A DNA stretch of 46,468 bases. It comes from a virus. Taxonomy: Duplodnaviria; Heunggongvirae; Uroviricota; Caudoviricetes. The stretch is taken from the IMG/VR virus record IMGVR_UViG_2617270998_000006, positions 1 to 46,468 of that record; one strand, given 5' to 3'. Positions 1 through 9,596 of the stretch are shown here, piece after piece. The notes beneath the pieces were generated by a model. The model saw nothing but the letters and a program-made list of their open reading frames with translations. It searched no databases and was not told the origin of the DNA. The position numbers were made by a program, and so were the translations under genes. The stretch's first letter is position 1, and every line of letters begins with the position of its first letter.

Positions 1-2
1 CC

Positions 3-1341
3 CATAAGCGCTAACTTAAGGGTTGAACCATCTGAAGAATGCGACGCCTCGGTGCCTCGTTAAGACGATGCCTCGCGTTCTTCAATTGCGTTTTGTAGGC
101 TGTCAGGGATACTGTCCCAAGAATGGCCACCTGTAAGCTCCAGATGACCATTTTTGTTATTCTCCACAACGAGTTAGTTCTTCTTTTCGGATCCGGCACT
201 TCTGGGGGGGAAATCCAGCGATGGCTGGATTATGTCGTCAATTAAAAATGCGGCGAGTAGATTAGCAAATATCCACGCTTTCGCGAGTTCAGGTTCCTTT
301 GCACGCAAAGCATCCAGGTGCAGCAAACTTTTGAGCCGCTTAAAAGCCAGTTCAATTTGCCATCGCAGACGGTAACAATCAGCCACTTGCTCTGCTGAAT
401 ATTCATCTTCCGGTAATGATGTTAGCAATAGCACATGGCCCGCTGCTTCCAGCGTTTCCGCCTGAACTACTCGTCCTTTTCGACGATTCTCGCTGAGCAG
501 TCGGGTTTTACTGATTAATGCTTTTTCGGGAGGAAGTGATACGGCAATGAGACGTGCCGGAAAGGGAGCTCCGGCTTTTTTATTACCTGAATTGCCTATC
601 ATTACAGTGGTTTCACCGTTCTTACCGCAATCCAGCCCGCGCAGAAAACCCATCATGTCAAAGCGCATTCCTTCTGCAGTTAACCAGCGCAATCCTCGCC
701 AGTGAACCCGGACGATATAATCAGCTTCTCCAAAAGCAAGTGAGCGGATACATTCGGGACGCGAACCGAATCCCCGGTCAGCAATGCGTATCTCGTCTGC
801 CGTTTGCGCAAATCGGTCCAGCCGTTCAGCGTCTCTGCTGTCGGTTAGCTCAAAATCAGTGAACTGACAGGTATGAGGATCATATCCCATATGTAGTCGC
901 CATTCAGCGCTGCCGCCCCCGGGCGCACTGATTGCTGTTCCATCGACAAGACGCAATCTCTTTCCGCTTGTACAACCCGTAACTGCGGCGCGTACAGCAA
1001 GTGTTTGTGCGGCAAGTATGCCAAACCAGTCGGCGGCATTCCGCAGCCGCTTCAGGAGAGCCACGTCAGATAATGTTGCAACGTCATGGAGCTGAGCCCA
1101 TGCAGTGACTTCACGTAATGACATCCCCCCGGGGCCGTAAGCCAGCCCCCGACGTAGCAGAGTTGCAGCATCACGAATTTCGCGGCGGCGGGTTAGAGCC
1201 CCGGCATTACGTGCCGAAGTATCCAGTTCTTCGGGCTTACCAATATGGGCCAGAATTGCTGACCAGTTATCGTGAGAGTAATTCATCGGCACGTTAAATC
1301 ATATCAGGCGTAATACCACAACCCTTAAGTTAGCGCTTATG
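3..1341. mobile_element. IS186 (IS4 family), complete copy
   Basis: Terminal inverted repeats CATAAGCGCTAACTTAAGGGTTG at 3-25 and its reverse complement at 1319-1341 enclose a single transposase ORF; right flank GGAGAGATCCCC fits the GC-rich G-run/C-run target preference of IS186. Confidence 0.85.
174..1292 (-). CDS. insL: IS186 transposase (IS4 family DDE transposase)
   Basis: 372-aa ORF filling the IS between the IRs; N-terminus MPMNYSHDNWSAILAHIGKPEEL recognised as IS186 InsL. Confidence 0.9.
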   Translation of the reverse strand: MPMNYSHDNWSAILAHIGKPEELDTSARNAGALTRRREIRDAATLLRRGLAYGPGGMSLREVTAWAQLHDVATLSDVALLKRLRNAADWFGILAAQTLAVRAAVTGCTSGKRLRLVDGTAISAPGGGSAEWRLHMGYDPHTCQFTDFELTDSRDAERLDRFAQTADEIRIADRGFGSRPECIRSLAFGEADYIVRVHWRGLRWLTAEGMRFDMMGFLRGLDCGKNGETTVMIGNSGNKKAGAPFPARLIAVSLPPEKALISKTRLLSENRRKGRVVQAETLEAAGHVLLLTSLPEDEYSAEQVADCYRLRWQIELAFKRLKSLLHLDALRAKEPELAKAWIFANLLAAFLIDDIIQPSLDFPPRSAGSEKKN

Positions 1342-1400
1342 GGAGAGATCCCCGCCACTCTTCGTGTGTCAGGTATCCTCAATGCACCCTTTCCTCTCCA

Positions 1401-1424
1401 AATAAAAAAGCTCCCGAAGGAGCT
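1401..1424 (-). terminator. rho-independent terminator downstream of the late structural operon
   Basis: On the minus strand: hairpin AGCTCC-TTCG-GGAGCT followed by a T-run, directly after the stop of the 169-aa gene. Confidence 0.6.
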
Positions 1425-1445
1425 TTAAAATACAAGGGATGACTC

Positions 1446-1955
1446 TTAATCCCAATCAATCCAGTTGTAGACGATACGAAGTGACGGGCGCACAGCAGCA
1501 GTCACATCTTCGGTACTAAAGTCGATTGCATCACTGTAGATTTTGCAGTCCAACATTTCAATTGTTGTAGCAGCTTTTGTCACAGCGTTAACCCCGGAAG
1601 ATTTGGATTCAGGGGTAGCAGCCATCGTGATATCAACATAGTCCTTCGCCGCAATGCGATCCTTAATGAACTGAAGAATATCGCCTTCGATAGTCTCCAC
1701 GCACTGGACCTGGATTTCCCCAGAGTTTCGAATTGGACCGTGCTGGTTGAACTTCACACCATTCGGACCATAGTCCTCCACATCCTCGCGGGTCATTTCA
1801 GGAATTTGCGACGTGCGAACCAGTACGCTGATATCTTCATGGCCTGCAAAAGTGAGCTGGAATTCAGAAGATACCAGTCGTTCGCCTTTGGCCGCGTTGG
1901 CAGTATAGCGGCCCTTAATAAATTTACGGTTTCCCTTAGTGTTATTGTGCCCCAT
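1446..1955 (-). CDS. phage tail tube-like structural protein
   Basis: 169-aa ORF, last gene of a co-oriented late operon downstream of a sheath-like gene; AAGGA Shine-Dalgarno; weak resemblance to myovirus tube proteins. Assignment is tentative. Confidence 0.45.
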   Translation of the reverse strand: MGHNNTKGNRKFIKGRYTANAAKGERLVSSEFQLTFAGHEDISVLVRTSQIPEMTREDVEDYGPNGVKFNQHGPIRNSGEIQVQCVETIEGDILQFIKDRIAAKDYVDITMAATPESKSSGVNAVTKAATTIEMLDCKIYSDAIDFSTEDVTAAVRPSLRIVYNWIDWD

Positions 1956-1966
1956 ATAAAATCCTT

Positions 1967-2548
1967 TTACTGGAACGCCCGAACAATATCGGAGCTGTTA
2001 TATATCGAAGAACCGGTCAACTGGAGGTTGACGGTGTTTTTCAGGAAATGCCCATTGCTGTCCCTGGGCGCATCGAGATCGAAACTTATGTCCTGGATAG
2101 CGACATCAATGATGTTGATCCGGCGACCAATGTTTAGCGTCACACGCTCCGGGATTCGACCACCAATACTGGCATCTTTAAGTTCCGGGCTAATCATCGC
2201 TGACAATGCGGCGATAGCGCCTGAAACCTCCATGAATGGGTCAAACAAAGCGATGAAAGTTACTGGCAGCGTGAAAGTCGGCGGTGTTCCCCCCTCCCAA
2301 ACCATTAAGCTGTTCCAACGGGCCACCGACGTTGTTTCAGTACCAACCTGCGCAAAACCACTGAAAGCACCAGCAACAGACCCCATGGACATACCGGTAA
2401 ACGGCGCTTCCCAATTCTGGGCCATGTTCATTGCCGCCCCCTGGCTGATATATCCGGTAACCTGGTACTGAGAGTTCGTTAAAGTAACTTTCAGAAATGG
2501 TGATACACCGTCAGCCTGGCTGTAAACCCCATAAGGTATAGGTGCCAT
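1967..2548 (-). CDS. hypothetical phage structural protein
   Basis: 193-aa ORF tightly packed in the late operon; no recognisable motif. Confidence 0.4.
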   Translation of the reverse strand: MAPIPYGVYSQADGVSPFLKVTLTNSQYQVTGYISQGAAMNMAQNWEAPFTGMSMGSVAGAFSGFAQVGTETTSVARWNSLMVWEGGTPPTFTLPVTFIALFDPFMEVSGAIAALSAMISPELKDASIGGRIPERVTLNIGRRINIIDVAIQDISFDLDAPRDSNGHFLKNTVNLQLTGSSIYNSSDIVRAFQ

Positions 2549-2583
2549 TCAAGTTAAAGGCCGGAGTTCTCCGGCCTCCTCCT

Positions 2584-3396
2584 TTAGCCAAGGCGCTTAC
2601 GGCGCAGTTTCATTGACTTTTTGCGGGCCAGTTTTGCCTCGCCGGTCTGGGCTTTACGACGTGCTTTTTTCAGCGCCGATTTTTGAGCCGCAGTCAGACG
2701 TTTTTTACGCAGGCGTTTACGGATGAGTTTGATCTCACCGTTACGAACAACCTTCTTAAATGCTTCAGTCAGCATTTCATCAGAAGTGCCAGCAACAACA
2801 AACGCCGCTTCCAGTTCGTCACGGTCGTCGCTATCTAAACCAGCGATAGAGGCACCAACATCAGCAGCTGCGTCGTCGTCTTCATCGTCAGCCAGTGCTT
2901 CGATCAGGTCATCATCTACACCGCATGCTGCGAGGAAGTCAGCAACATTTGCCCATGCTTCGTTATAGGCATCGTCCTGTTCTTCTGTAACTTCGGAGTC
3001 GTCGTCGTCAGAGATACCAGCGATAGCCTGAACGAAACCATCAAGGGAGTCGAAAGTCAGATCACCGCTATCGGCCCAGGCGAAAACGGCATCGGCCGCA
3101 TTACTCAACGCATTCTGCATAGCACTTCGATTTGCAGCTTCCAGAATCATCTGGTGCGCCTGTTCGACGGTCCATTCTTTACCGTCTTTCCCTTCCAGGA
3201 TTTGCTCAGGAGCCGGGTCAGATGGAACGTTATCGTTAGTCTGTGCCGCCGGTTCCGGATTATTAATAACCGGATCTGTTGGCGGTTCGGCGCTTGCTCG
3301 GGCAGACTCCATCAGCTGCACAGGATCAGAGTTCAAAGCGAAACGGGACAGTCCATTCCCCAAAAATGCCCCGGATTGAAAAAAGTTTTTGCTCAT
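2584..3396 (-). CDS. hypothetical protein, acidic body with Lys/Arg-rich C-terminal tail
   Basis: 270-aa ORF with AAGGGAA SD; Asp/Glu-rich N-terminal two thirds, strongly basic C-terminus (KRLRKKRL...RKKSMKLRRKRLG). Confidence 0.4.
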   Translation of the reverse strand: MSKNFFQSGAFLGNGLSRFALNSDPVQLMESARASAEPPTDPVINNPEPAAQTNDNVPSDPAPEQILEGKDGKEWTVEQAHQMILEAANRSAMQNALSNAADAVFAWADSGDLTFDSLDGFVQAIAGISDDDDSEVTEEQDDAYNEAWANVADFLAACGVDDDLIEALADDEDDDAAADVGASIAGLDSDDRDELEAAFVVAGTSDEMLTEAFKKVVRNGEIKLIRKRLRKKRLTAAQKSALKKARRKAQTGEAKLARKKSMKLRRKRLG

Positions 3397-3405
3397 TGTA
3401 TTCCC

Positions 3406-4995
3406 TTACTTAATAAGCAGCGGTACGCCCTGGATACGACGGGCTACGCCAGTCGGGCAGCAGGCCCAGACTACTTCCCATTTATCGAATTCCGCCTGCG
3501 TAACTTTCAGCACATACGGTTCTGTACCGTCAGCATCAGGATCACGAGGAGCCACCAGAGCGCCGGAGGCGACAAAGCGATCTAAAAGTTTGGTCATCCC
3601 TTTAGTCAGGCCAGCCGCAGTAATACCGTCCGGGCTATGCTTCATCTGTCGGGCTAACTGGACAAAGAAACGGCTGATTGCATTCATCAGGGATGGGACG
3701 TGCTGGAAGTGCAGATAGTTATCCTGCGTGCAGCAAGTTAAAGCATCGTCGATGATCATCTGGCCAGAGGTGCCAACAGATACTTTATTGAGACGGCCCT
3801 TGACCATTGCTTCTTCGTCCGGGGTATCTTCCGGATACAGCGGTTGAATTGACGCACGAGCAATGACGGCACGTTCTTCACCAGCCGGTGAGTAATGCCA
3901 ACCGCCGACATCAGAGTTTTTCTTGACGCCACGAGCTTTCGCCGCATACGCCACGCCAGACAGACCAAAGACCACACGGGATTGGGTCCATTTGTCTTTG
4001 CAGGAGAACGGGTAGTGATAGACAGAACAGCTTACATAATCGGTACCAAGTAAACCGGTATCCTCAACAGCTGGTAGTGCTTCTGCGTACGTTAATGTCG
4101 GTTTGACATCAAAGAAGCCATCAATCAGGCGATCTGCACAGATTTTACCTAATGCGGTGATAGCCGCATTGTCATAGCAGCCCAGGCCAAGAACAGCGGT
4201 GTACATGTACGGCGCATTGTTCAGAACTTTCACCGCACGCAGGTACGTAGCGGTTGAGATTTTCGACTGATCGCCGTTGGTACCGCCAGTGAACGCCAAC
4301 GATTTTTTGTTTGTTACTTTCGCTGTCGAAATCAGCTCTTCATTAACAACCGCGCGCAGATATTTAGAACGGGCTTCCAGAGCCGTAGGCAGATAACACA
4401 AGCGGCCCATGTCATCTTTCGCTTCTTCCGCCAAAGACACAGTGTGTGTCTCCAGGGTCGTTACCACGCCGAGCGAAGTCGTCTGGGTCAGTTTTAAGAG
4501 GAAGCGTTCATTACCCGCGCTGTCCGCTGTTGCCGTTTCGATGGTTAACTCACGGGTAGGTGAAATACACGGATCACCATCATCAACGTAGATAGCAAAG
4601 GCTTCGCCACTATCAAGTTCAATTTCAGAACCGTATGGCAACGCACTGTAAGCCGGTTCGCCTGATTCATCGAACATAATAATCGGGAACTTCGCATCAT
4701 CCGGAACAGCGCGAACAACGTAACCAGACGTTTGCTGAATAGCTTCGTACACATGACGAATTGGTTCGAACTGTGAGCCGGAAGACGGCTTCAGCGGTTC
4801 GCCGAGAACATCTTCGTAATTGGACTCAGTAACCGCCAGAACAGTAAACGGCTTGCCACGCGCAAATACGCCAATACCAGCCCACAAGCTGCTATTTAAT
4901 GCAACACCGGTAGATAACGTCGCATCGGCATTGATCGGGCTAACCGCGACGCCGGATGCATTACCTAATGACTGTTGAATTGAATATTGAGACAT
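3406..4995 (-). CDS. contractile tail sheath-like protein
   Basis: 529-aa ORF with GGGAA SD, size and position (upstream of tube-like gene, downstream of capsid-like gene) typical for a myovirus sheath; the YVDD tetrapeptide inside is coincidental. Confidence 0.55.
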   Translation of the reverse strand: MSQYSIQQSLGNASGVAVSPINADATLSTGVALNSSLWAGIGVFARGKPFTVLAVTESNYEDVLGEPLKPSSGSQFEPIRHVYEAIQQTSGYVVRAVPDDAKFPIIMFDESGEPAYSALPYGSEIELDSGEAFAIYVDDGDPCISPTRELTIETATADSAGNERFLLKLTQTTSLGVVTTLETHTVSLAEEAKDDMGRLCYLPTALEARSKYLRAVVNEELISTAKVTNKKSLAFTGGTNGDQSKISTATYLRAVKVLNNAPYMYTAVLGLGCYDNAAITALGKICADRLIDGFFDVKPTLTYAEALPAVEDTGLLGTDYVSCSVYHYPFSCKDKWTQSRVVFGLSGVAYAAKARGVKKNSDVGGWHYSPAGEERAVIARASIQPLYPEDTPDEEAMVKGRLNKVSVGTSGQMIIDDALTCCTQDNYLHFQHVPSLMNAISRFFVQLARQMKHSPDGITAAGLTKGMTKLLDRFVASGALVAPRDPDADGTEPYVLKVTQAEFDKWEVVWACCPTGVARRIQGVPLLIK

Positions 4996-5055
4996 AACTT
5001 TCCCTGTTATGCGCCCCGCACGGGGGCGCTATGTTAAACGGAGAACTTCCCCTGA

Positions 5056-6762
5056 TTACTCAGAGTCACCGGCATCAATCGTGTCGCCGCTTATGAAGTT
5101 AAGCCCGCCTTTTTTGGCCATTGTCAGCGTTACACGAGTGAAGTAATCAGCGCCGTTGCGTGGGTGCATATCGTTGATAGCCGAACCCCACAGCGTGGTA
5201 CGGTTGACCAGCGCCGGAGTGGTCGGATGCTGGAACGGGATGGCCGGGACAGCATCACCAGTCACGAAGCCTGCTTTACCCGGATTTTCATCACGGACGT
5301 AGCACAGCACATCCATCGAGCTGAACTGAATGTTCTCTGTCGTTAAGTCCTTACAAATACCAGCAGGTACTTCGTACACTTTCACGTTACCGAACAGGGT
5401 ACCGATGTAGTGAACATACGGAGTCTGGATATAGTCTTCGGCTGGCTGGAAGAAATCCTTCGGCAACTGTTTGAAGAAAGATGCTGCATCAGCACCAGCA
5501 AACATCCCCATCGCACCAGAAGATTTAACGCGCTCAATAATGTCGCGATATACAGTCTGGAATTTGCCACGAATGATGGTTGCCCATACATCAAAGGACT
5601 GGTTAACCGGCAGAGCGATGTCAAAGGTGTCGGTCGCAAGAGTACGCCAGATCATGATGCGAAGACGCAGCATATCCTGTTCATTAGACAGGTATTCCTT
5701 CAGGGTGCGGAACTGTAGGGAACCCAGGTCCAGACCAAATTCACGCTGTGCTTCATACGCCGCCTGTACCGTGTGCTCAGCCGCGATAACGAACTGACTT
5801 GGGAACAGGGTGTATTTCTTCATTTCGTGGTTGATCAGCGGGATAAGCTCAGGAGCGGCTTCAATATTGATTTCCGTCTCAATTGCGATCTCAGTGCCTT
5901 TATCCGGCGCTTTGGAGAACGACAGGGCAATCTGACCAATGTTGTAGTTCAGAGAGCAGGTAACAGTGATTTGCTCCCCAGCAGCATTAGTAAACGAGTG
6001 AAGTAGGCTGCCGGAGCCGTTATCAACAACAGACTTAATACGGTTAACGTAGATGTTAGTGCGACCTTTGCGGATTGGGACATTCTGGCCTTCGAAGTCT
6101 TCCATTTTGAAGGTTGCGGTTTTGCTGGTGCCATCGGAGCTTGCCACCAGCACATAGCGGCGGCGTAGCTGGCTGTACACACCAACGGATTGCATGTCCA
6201 GAACATCACCAGCAGCATAAGAACCAAAAGAAGAACCCGCCACGTTAAAGACTTCGTAGATGTCGGACTGGTCACGCGTAACCGGAATGAAGGTACACGC
6301 ATCAGCGGTAGCTGCCCCCAACTGAACAGGCAGGATCATCGCCAGGAATAAAGGCAGACGCATAACACCGTCAGAAACACTCATCATCTCTGCCGCGACT
6401 GATTCCAGCATCGCTTTATTGGTGGAGTCCATGCTATTGCGGGTGGACTCAATCAGGCAGTTTTCCAGCGTCTGGTGGCAGGAGGCCAGAATTTCCGGAC
6501 GCGGCATAGATTTATGTGTTGCGGCATAGTCAGCCAGTGCACTTGCCCATGCGGTAGCAATTTGAGCGGTGGCATTATCAGAAATACCCGCAAAAATCGG
6601 GTCTTTGCGTGCAGCTTCAAGGATAGATGCGGCACGCGCGGCATCATCTTTGATGAATTGGTTATCAGTACCGAACTGTGCTGTACTTGCCCAGCCAAGA
6701 ACGGCTTTAGAGCGTTTTGCGATATCTGCAATACGATTCTGGTATTCGCGTAAGTTACTCAA
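5056..6762 (-). CDS. major head (capsid) protein-like, P1 gp23-like by position
   Basis: Large ORF immediately adjacent to parB, as I recall for the P1 major head gene. Probable TTG start at 6760-6762 preceded by AGGAAG; the ORF track extends to 6783. A GC-rich hairpin (about 5011-5029) lies between this gene and the sheath gene. Confidence 0.5.
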   Translation of the reverse strand: MSNLREYQNRIADIAKRSKAVLGWASTAQFGTDNQFIKDDAARAASILEAARKDPIFAGISDNATAQIATAWASALADYAATHKSMPRPEILASCHQTLENCLIESTRNSMDSTNKAMLESVAAEMMSVSDGVMRLPLFLAMILPVQLGAATADACTFIPVTRDQSDIYEVFNVAGSSFGSYAAGDVLDMQSVGVYSQLRRRYVLVASSDGTSKTATFKMEDFEGQNVPIRKGRTNIYVNRIKSVVDNGSGSLLHSFTNAAGEQITVTCSLNYNIGQIALSFSKAPDKGTEIAIETEINIEAAPELIPLINHEMKKYTLFPSQFVIAAEHTVQAAYEAQREFGLDLGSLQFRTLKEYLSNEQDMLRLRIMIWRTLATDTFDIALPVNQSFDVWATIIRGKFQTVYRDIIERVKSSGAMGMFAGADAASFFKQLPKDFFQPAEDYIQTPYVHYIGTLFGNVKVYEVPAGICKDLTTENIQFSSMDVLCYVRDENPGKAGFVTGDAVPAIPFQHPTTPALVNRTTLWGSAINDMHPRNGADYFTRVTLTMAKKGGLNFISGDTIDAGDSE

Positions 6763-6899
6763 GTTACTCTTCCTTAAACACAAGGCACTTGTGTGAATCC
6801 CTTTTCGGAAGAGATTTTATTGAAAGTCACTTGTTGACTTTCTCGCGAAAAGTAATTTTTTAAATTTTTTGTGCGGGGAAGTGGACGGTGAATGCAGGC

Positions 6900-6990
6900 G
6901 TTAAATCGTGGGAATTTCAGTCTGAAATTATCCTAAAAAACACATGCAAATCATAAGGTTAGTAATGAAATTAGTGCGGGACATTTTAGG
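6900..6990. promoter_or_regulatory. parS-like partition site region
   Basis: Located immediately downstream of parB; ATTTCA-type heptamers flanking an AT-rich IHF-like core (TAACCTTATGATTTG on the minus strand), an architecture like P1 parS. Exact box assignment not verified. Confidence 0.4.
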
Positions 6991-7026
6991 AGGGGGAGGG
7001 GCTAACACCACCTCCCACCAGCGGGA

Positions 7027-7992
7027 TTATTCCCCAGCAGACATTTTCCCAATGATTTTTTTTATTGCTTCGTCAATTTCAGTTTGCACTTCAGACGGGA
7101 GTCTGGAGAACTCGTAGGCGACAACCCGTTTTTTCGGATCGGACTTCTTTCGAGCATATTGGCGACGGTCAGAGAAGTCTCGCAGCTTCTCAATCACCAC
7201 AGATTTAACCGGCGCGGGCTTCAGGCTTTTGCTTTCCGCTTTGAAGATAGCCAGTATCTTCGATTTATCCTCTTTCGCGCCCTCAGTCTCTGCAATTCGT
7301 TCGCGCACCGTATCAACCAGCTCTTCAATCGGCACGCTTTTAGCGTTAGCATCCTCGGCGATCTGGAGCAGTAACTGGTAATCTGGCAGGGCGAGATCGC
7401 TGGCAACAGGGAAGACAGCAATCATCTCATCCGGCACCGCGGCAGCCTGGAAAGCTCGCGTCACTTTAGCCTTTGAGATGTTCTCAGCTCGGGCGATCTC
7501 TTCTTTGGTCATATTCTTACCGTACATAACCTCGAAGCGTTTACCCAGCTCGCGCAGAGTGTGTTCGCGGGCTGTCTGGATATCAATGGCCAGCTGGCGT
7601 GCATCCGCCAGGCTGATCTCATCTTTCGTCACCAGAATCTCAAATTTCGTTTCATTGAAGATACACGCAGCGCGGCGACGTGATCCGTCCAATACCTCAA
7701 TGCGCTCCCCAACCATACGACCGATAGCCGGGAAGAACTGTTGCAATTTAATGGTGCGGGAAATATCGCTTACCGACTCAGGGGTGAGCAGAGACTGATC
7801 GCGGCCGTTAACTGCCGGGTCAACGAACGTGCGCGACTCAATCTCACCACTCAGCACAACGGTAAGCAAAAATTTAGCCTGGCGGCCAGATTTTAGGGTA
7901 AAGGTTTTGGTGCCTTCACTGCCTTCAAGCATGCGAGCAAACTCGGAGCTATTCTTGCCCAGCACTCGTCCACGGGAAACTATTTTTTTCAT
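7027..7992 (-). CDS. parB: partition protein ParB (centromere-binding)
   Basis: 321-aa ORF overlapping the parA stop by 4 nt; P1-type ParB by position and sequence character. Confidence 0.85.
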   Translation of the reverse strand: MKKIVSRGRVLGKNSSEFARMLEGSEGTKTFTLKSGRQAKFLLTVVLSGEIESRTFVDPAVNGRDQSLLTPESVSDISRTIKLQQFFPAIGRMVGERIEVLDGSRRRAACIFNETKFEILVTKDEISLADARQLAIDIQTAREHTLRELGKRFEVMYGKNMTKEEIARAENISKAKVTRAFQAAAVPDEMIAVFPVASDLALPDYQLLLQIAEDANAKSVPIEELVDTVRERIAETEGAKEDKSKILAIFKAESKSLKPAPVKSVVIEKLRDFSDRRQYARKKSDPKKRVVAYEFSRLPSEVQTEIDEAIKKIIGKMSAGE

Positions 7993-9200
7993 GCCGCCTC
8001 ACCCCTAACAAACTCAATTCGATCAAACACAGCCTTAGTGAAACGCTCGGCCTCGGTTCGTGCCTTCTTCAGCGCCTCTGCACTGCCTGGATACGATTGC
8101 GGGTTGGCACTGATTACGGTGTCGAAAGACTCGCCGCATCGCTCAAATCCATCCAGACGAGGCAGAGAAGAGTCCAGAATGTTGCTGGCGTAAACCTCAC
8201 GCGCAAGGCTGTGTGATGTCTCGTGATCTCGCTTGCCGGTCATCTTCGACATAAAACCAATGCTGGCGCTTAAACGCGGTTCTACGCCTTCCTCCTCCAG
8301 TTGCTCCAGCATTTCTGGCAGACGGGTGAGATATTTCAGTGTTGAGTGGAAGTCAACCTGGGCTGGTGGGGTAGGGGTAAGCAGCAAATCGCTGGCCGCC
8401 AGACCGTTGAGCAGGAACGGATCCAGGTGTGGACCGGTATCAATAAAGATAAAGTCATAATCATCCGCAACACGATCAATGATATTGCGTCGAAGGATTT
8501 CGTACTGATTTTGTCCGGGAAGATGCTCTTCAACCAGCTCTTTCCATTGGCTGGCAACAAAGCCATCGTCGATAGAGGCTGGAATCACGTCTACGCCAGG
8601 AACGATGGTCGGACGAATCACCTCTTTGCGTAGCGTCTCCGCGTCCAGGTCGTTCAGCATCGCCTGCGCGGCGGTTTCCAGGATGGAACCAATACTGTGA
8701 GTATGGTCGAGGAACATTGTGCTGGATGCCTGAGGGTCAAGGTCAATTACCAGAATGCGCAGATCGTGACGCAGTAAATCCTGATGCACACGCAGAGCGT
8801 GCGCCAACGTGACTGTGGAAACCGTTTTGGATACGCCACCCTTCAGGTTTACGACAAAAATAACGTAAGGCGATTTGTGAATGTCGCGATATTTGGGGAT
8901 CTTACGGTGGGCATAGATATCAATGACGTTCTGGATGGTCAGCGCGTACTGTTCAACGTTACCGACCTGTTTCTTGTTGAACTGGTACCCATCATCTTCC
9001 ATCTCTTTGATGGCCTGCTCCACAATGCGGCGGCTCAGCTTCGGCAACTTTGCCACAGCGTTACGAGTGAACGTCTGATAATACTCGGTCTGATTGAACT
9101 CTTTGCGCTGATCTTCAATATCCTGACTCATGGCCTTAAGTAATGCGCTTGCACGAAGAGCTATGGTGCCGACACCGCCGTAATCGCGTTTCATCATCAT
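7989..9200 (-). CDS. parA: partition ATPase ParA (type Ia, with N-terminal regulatory extension)
   Basis: 403-aa ORF with deviant Walker A NLKGGVSKT and motifs LRILVIDLDPQ, VDVIPASIDD, LPRLDGFERCGESFDTVISANP closely matching P1 ParA as I recall it. Confidence 0.9.
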   Translation of the reverse strand: MMMKRDYGGVGTIALRASALLKAMSQDIEDQRKEFNQTEYYQTFTRNAVAKLPKLSRRIVEQAIKEMEDDGYQFNKKQVGNVEQYALTIQNVIDIYAHRKIPKYRDIHKSPYVIFVVNLKGGVSKTVSTVTLAHALRVHQDLLRHDLRILVIDLDPQASSTMFLDHTHSIGSILETAAQAMLNDLDAETLRKEVIRPTIVPGVDVIPASIDDGFVASQWKELVEEHLPGQNQYEILRRNIIDRVADDYDFIFIDTGPHLDPFLLNGLAASDLLLTPTPPAQVDFHSTLKYLTRLPEMLEQLEEEGVEPRLSASIGFMSKMTGKRDHETSHSLAREVYASNILDSSLPRLDGFERCGESFDTVISANPQSYPGSAEALKKARTEAERFTKAVFDRIEFVRGEAA

Positions 9201-9310
9201 CTCCTTATCATTTCGTATGAGTGAATTGTACGTTTGATTCTGCTACGTGCAACTTTTTTTGATTCGTGCGTCAATTATTGCACGTAAAGAAATGGCGATG
9301 AGGCCATTAG

Positions 9311-9596
9311 ATGTGTGCTGGAGGGATGATGCAGGACCAGAATGTGCGATAGAGGGAAGTCGCATTGAATTATGTGCTGTGGAGGGATCGCTGGTATCAA
9401 ATATGTGTGCTGGAGGGAAAGATAGAAGATTAGATGTGCGCTGGAGGGAAACTTGGATGGTTAGATGTGTGCTGGAGGGAATGTCTTGGCAAACTGCGTG
9501 GCGCAACCCTCCAGCGCACACCAAAAACAGGAAAATGGGCAGGCATTCCCGGCAGCGCACATTTTTCAAATGCAGCTGCCCTCCAGCACACACTTA
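9311..9596. repeat. incA-type iteron array (RepA-binding copy-control locus)
   Basis: About eight or nine copies of the core TGTGTGCTGGAGGGA (some degenerate, the last two in inverted orientation) at roughly 30-bp spacing, between parA and the 3' end of repA. Confidence 0.8.

Noticed and set aside
554-1039. ORFs 554..862 (+) and 845..1039 (-) inside IS186
   Set aside because: Both lie within the IS186 transposase gene on the wrong strand or frame; IS186 encodes a single transposase.
2723-2968. 81-aa Ser/Ala-rich plus-strand ORF
   Set aside because: Antisense to the acidic 270-aa gene; its low-complexity translation mirrors the Asp/Glu-rich codons on the other strand.
3406-4995. YVDD tetrapeptide that could suggest a reverse transcriptase
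   Set aside because: The surrounding sequence has none of the other RT motifs and the gene sits in a tail-sheath context; coincidental.
9311-9596. Regularly spaced short repeats that could be taken for a CRISPR array
   Set aside because: The repeat is the RepA iteron core, the units are partly degenerate and two are inverted, the intervening sequences are too short and non-unique to be spacers, and no cas genes are present. No CRISPR array is visible anywhere in the window.
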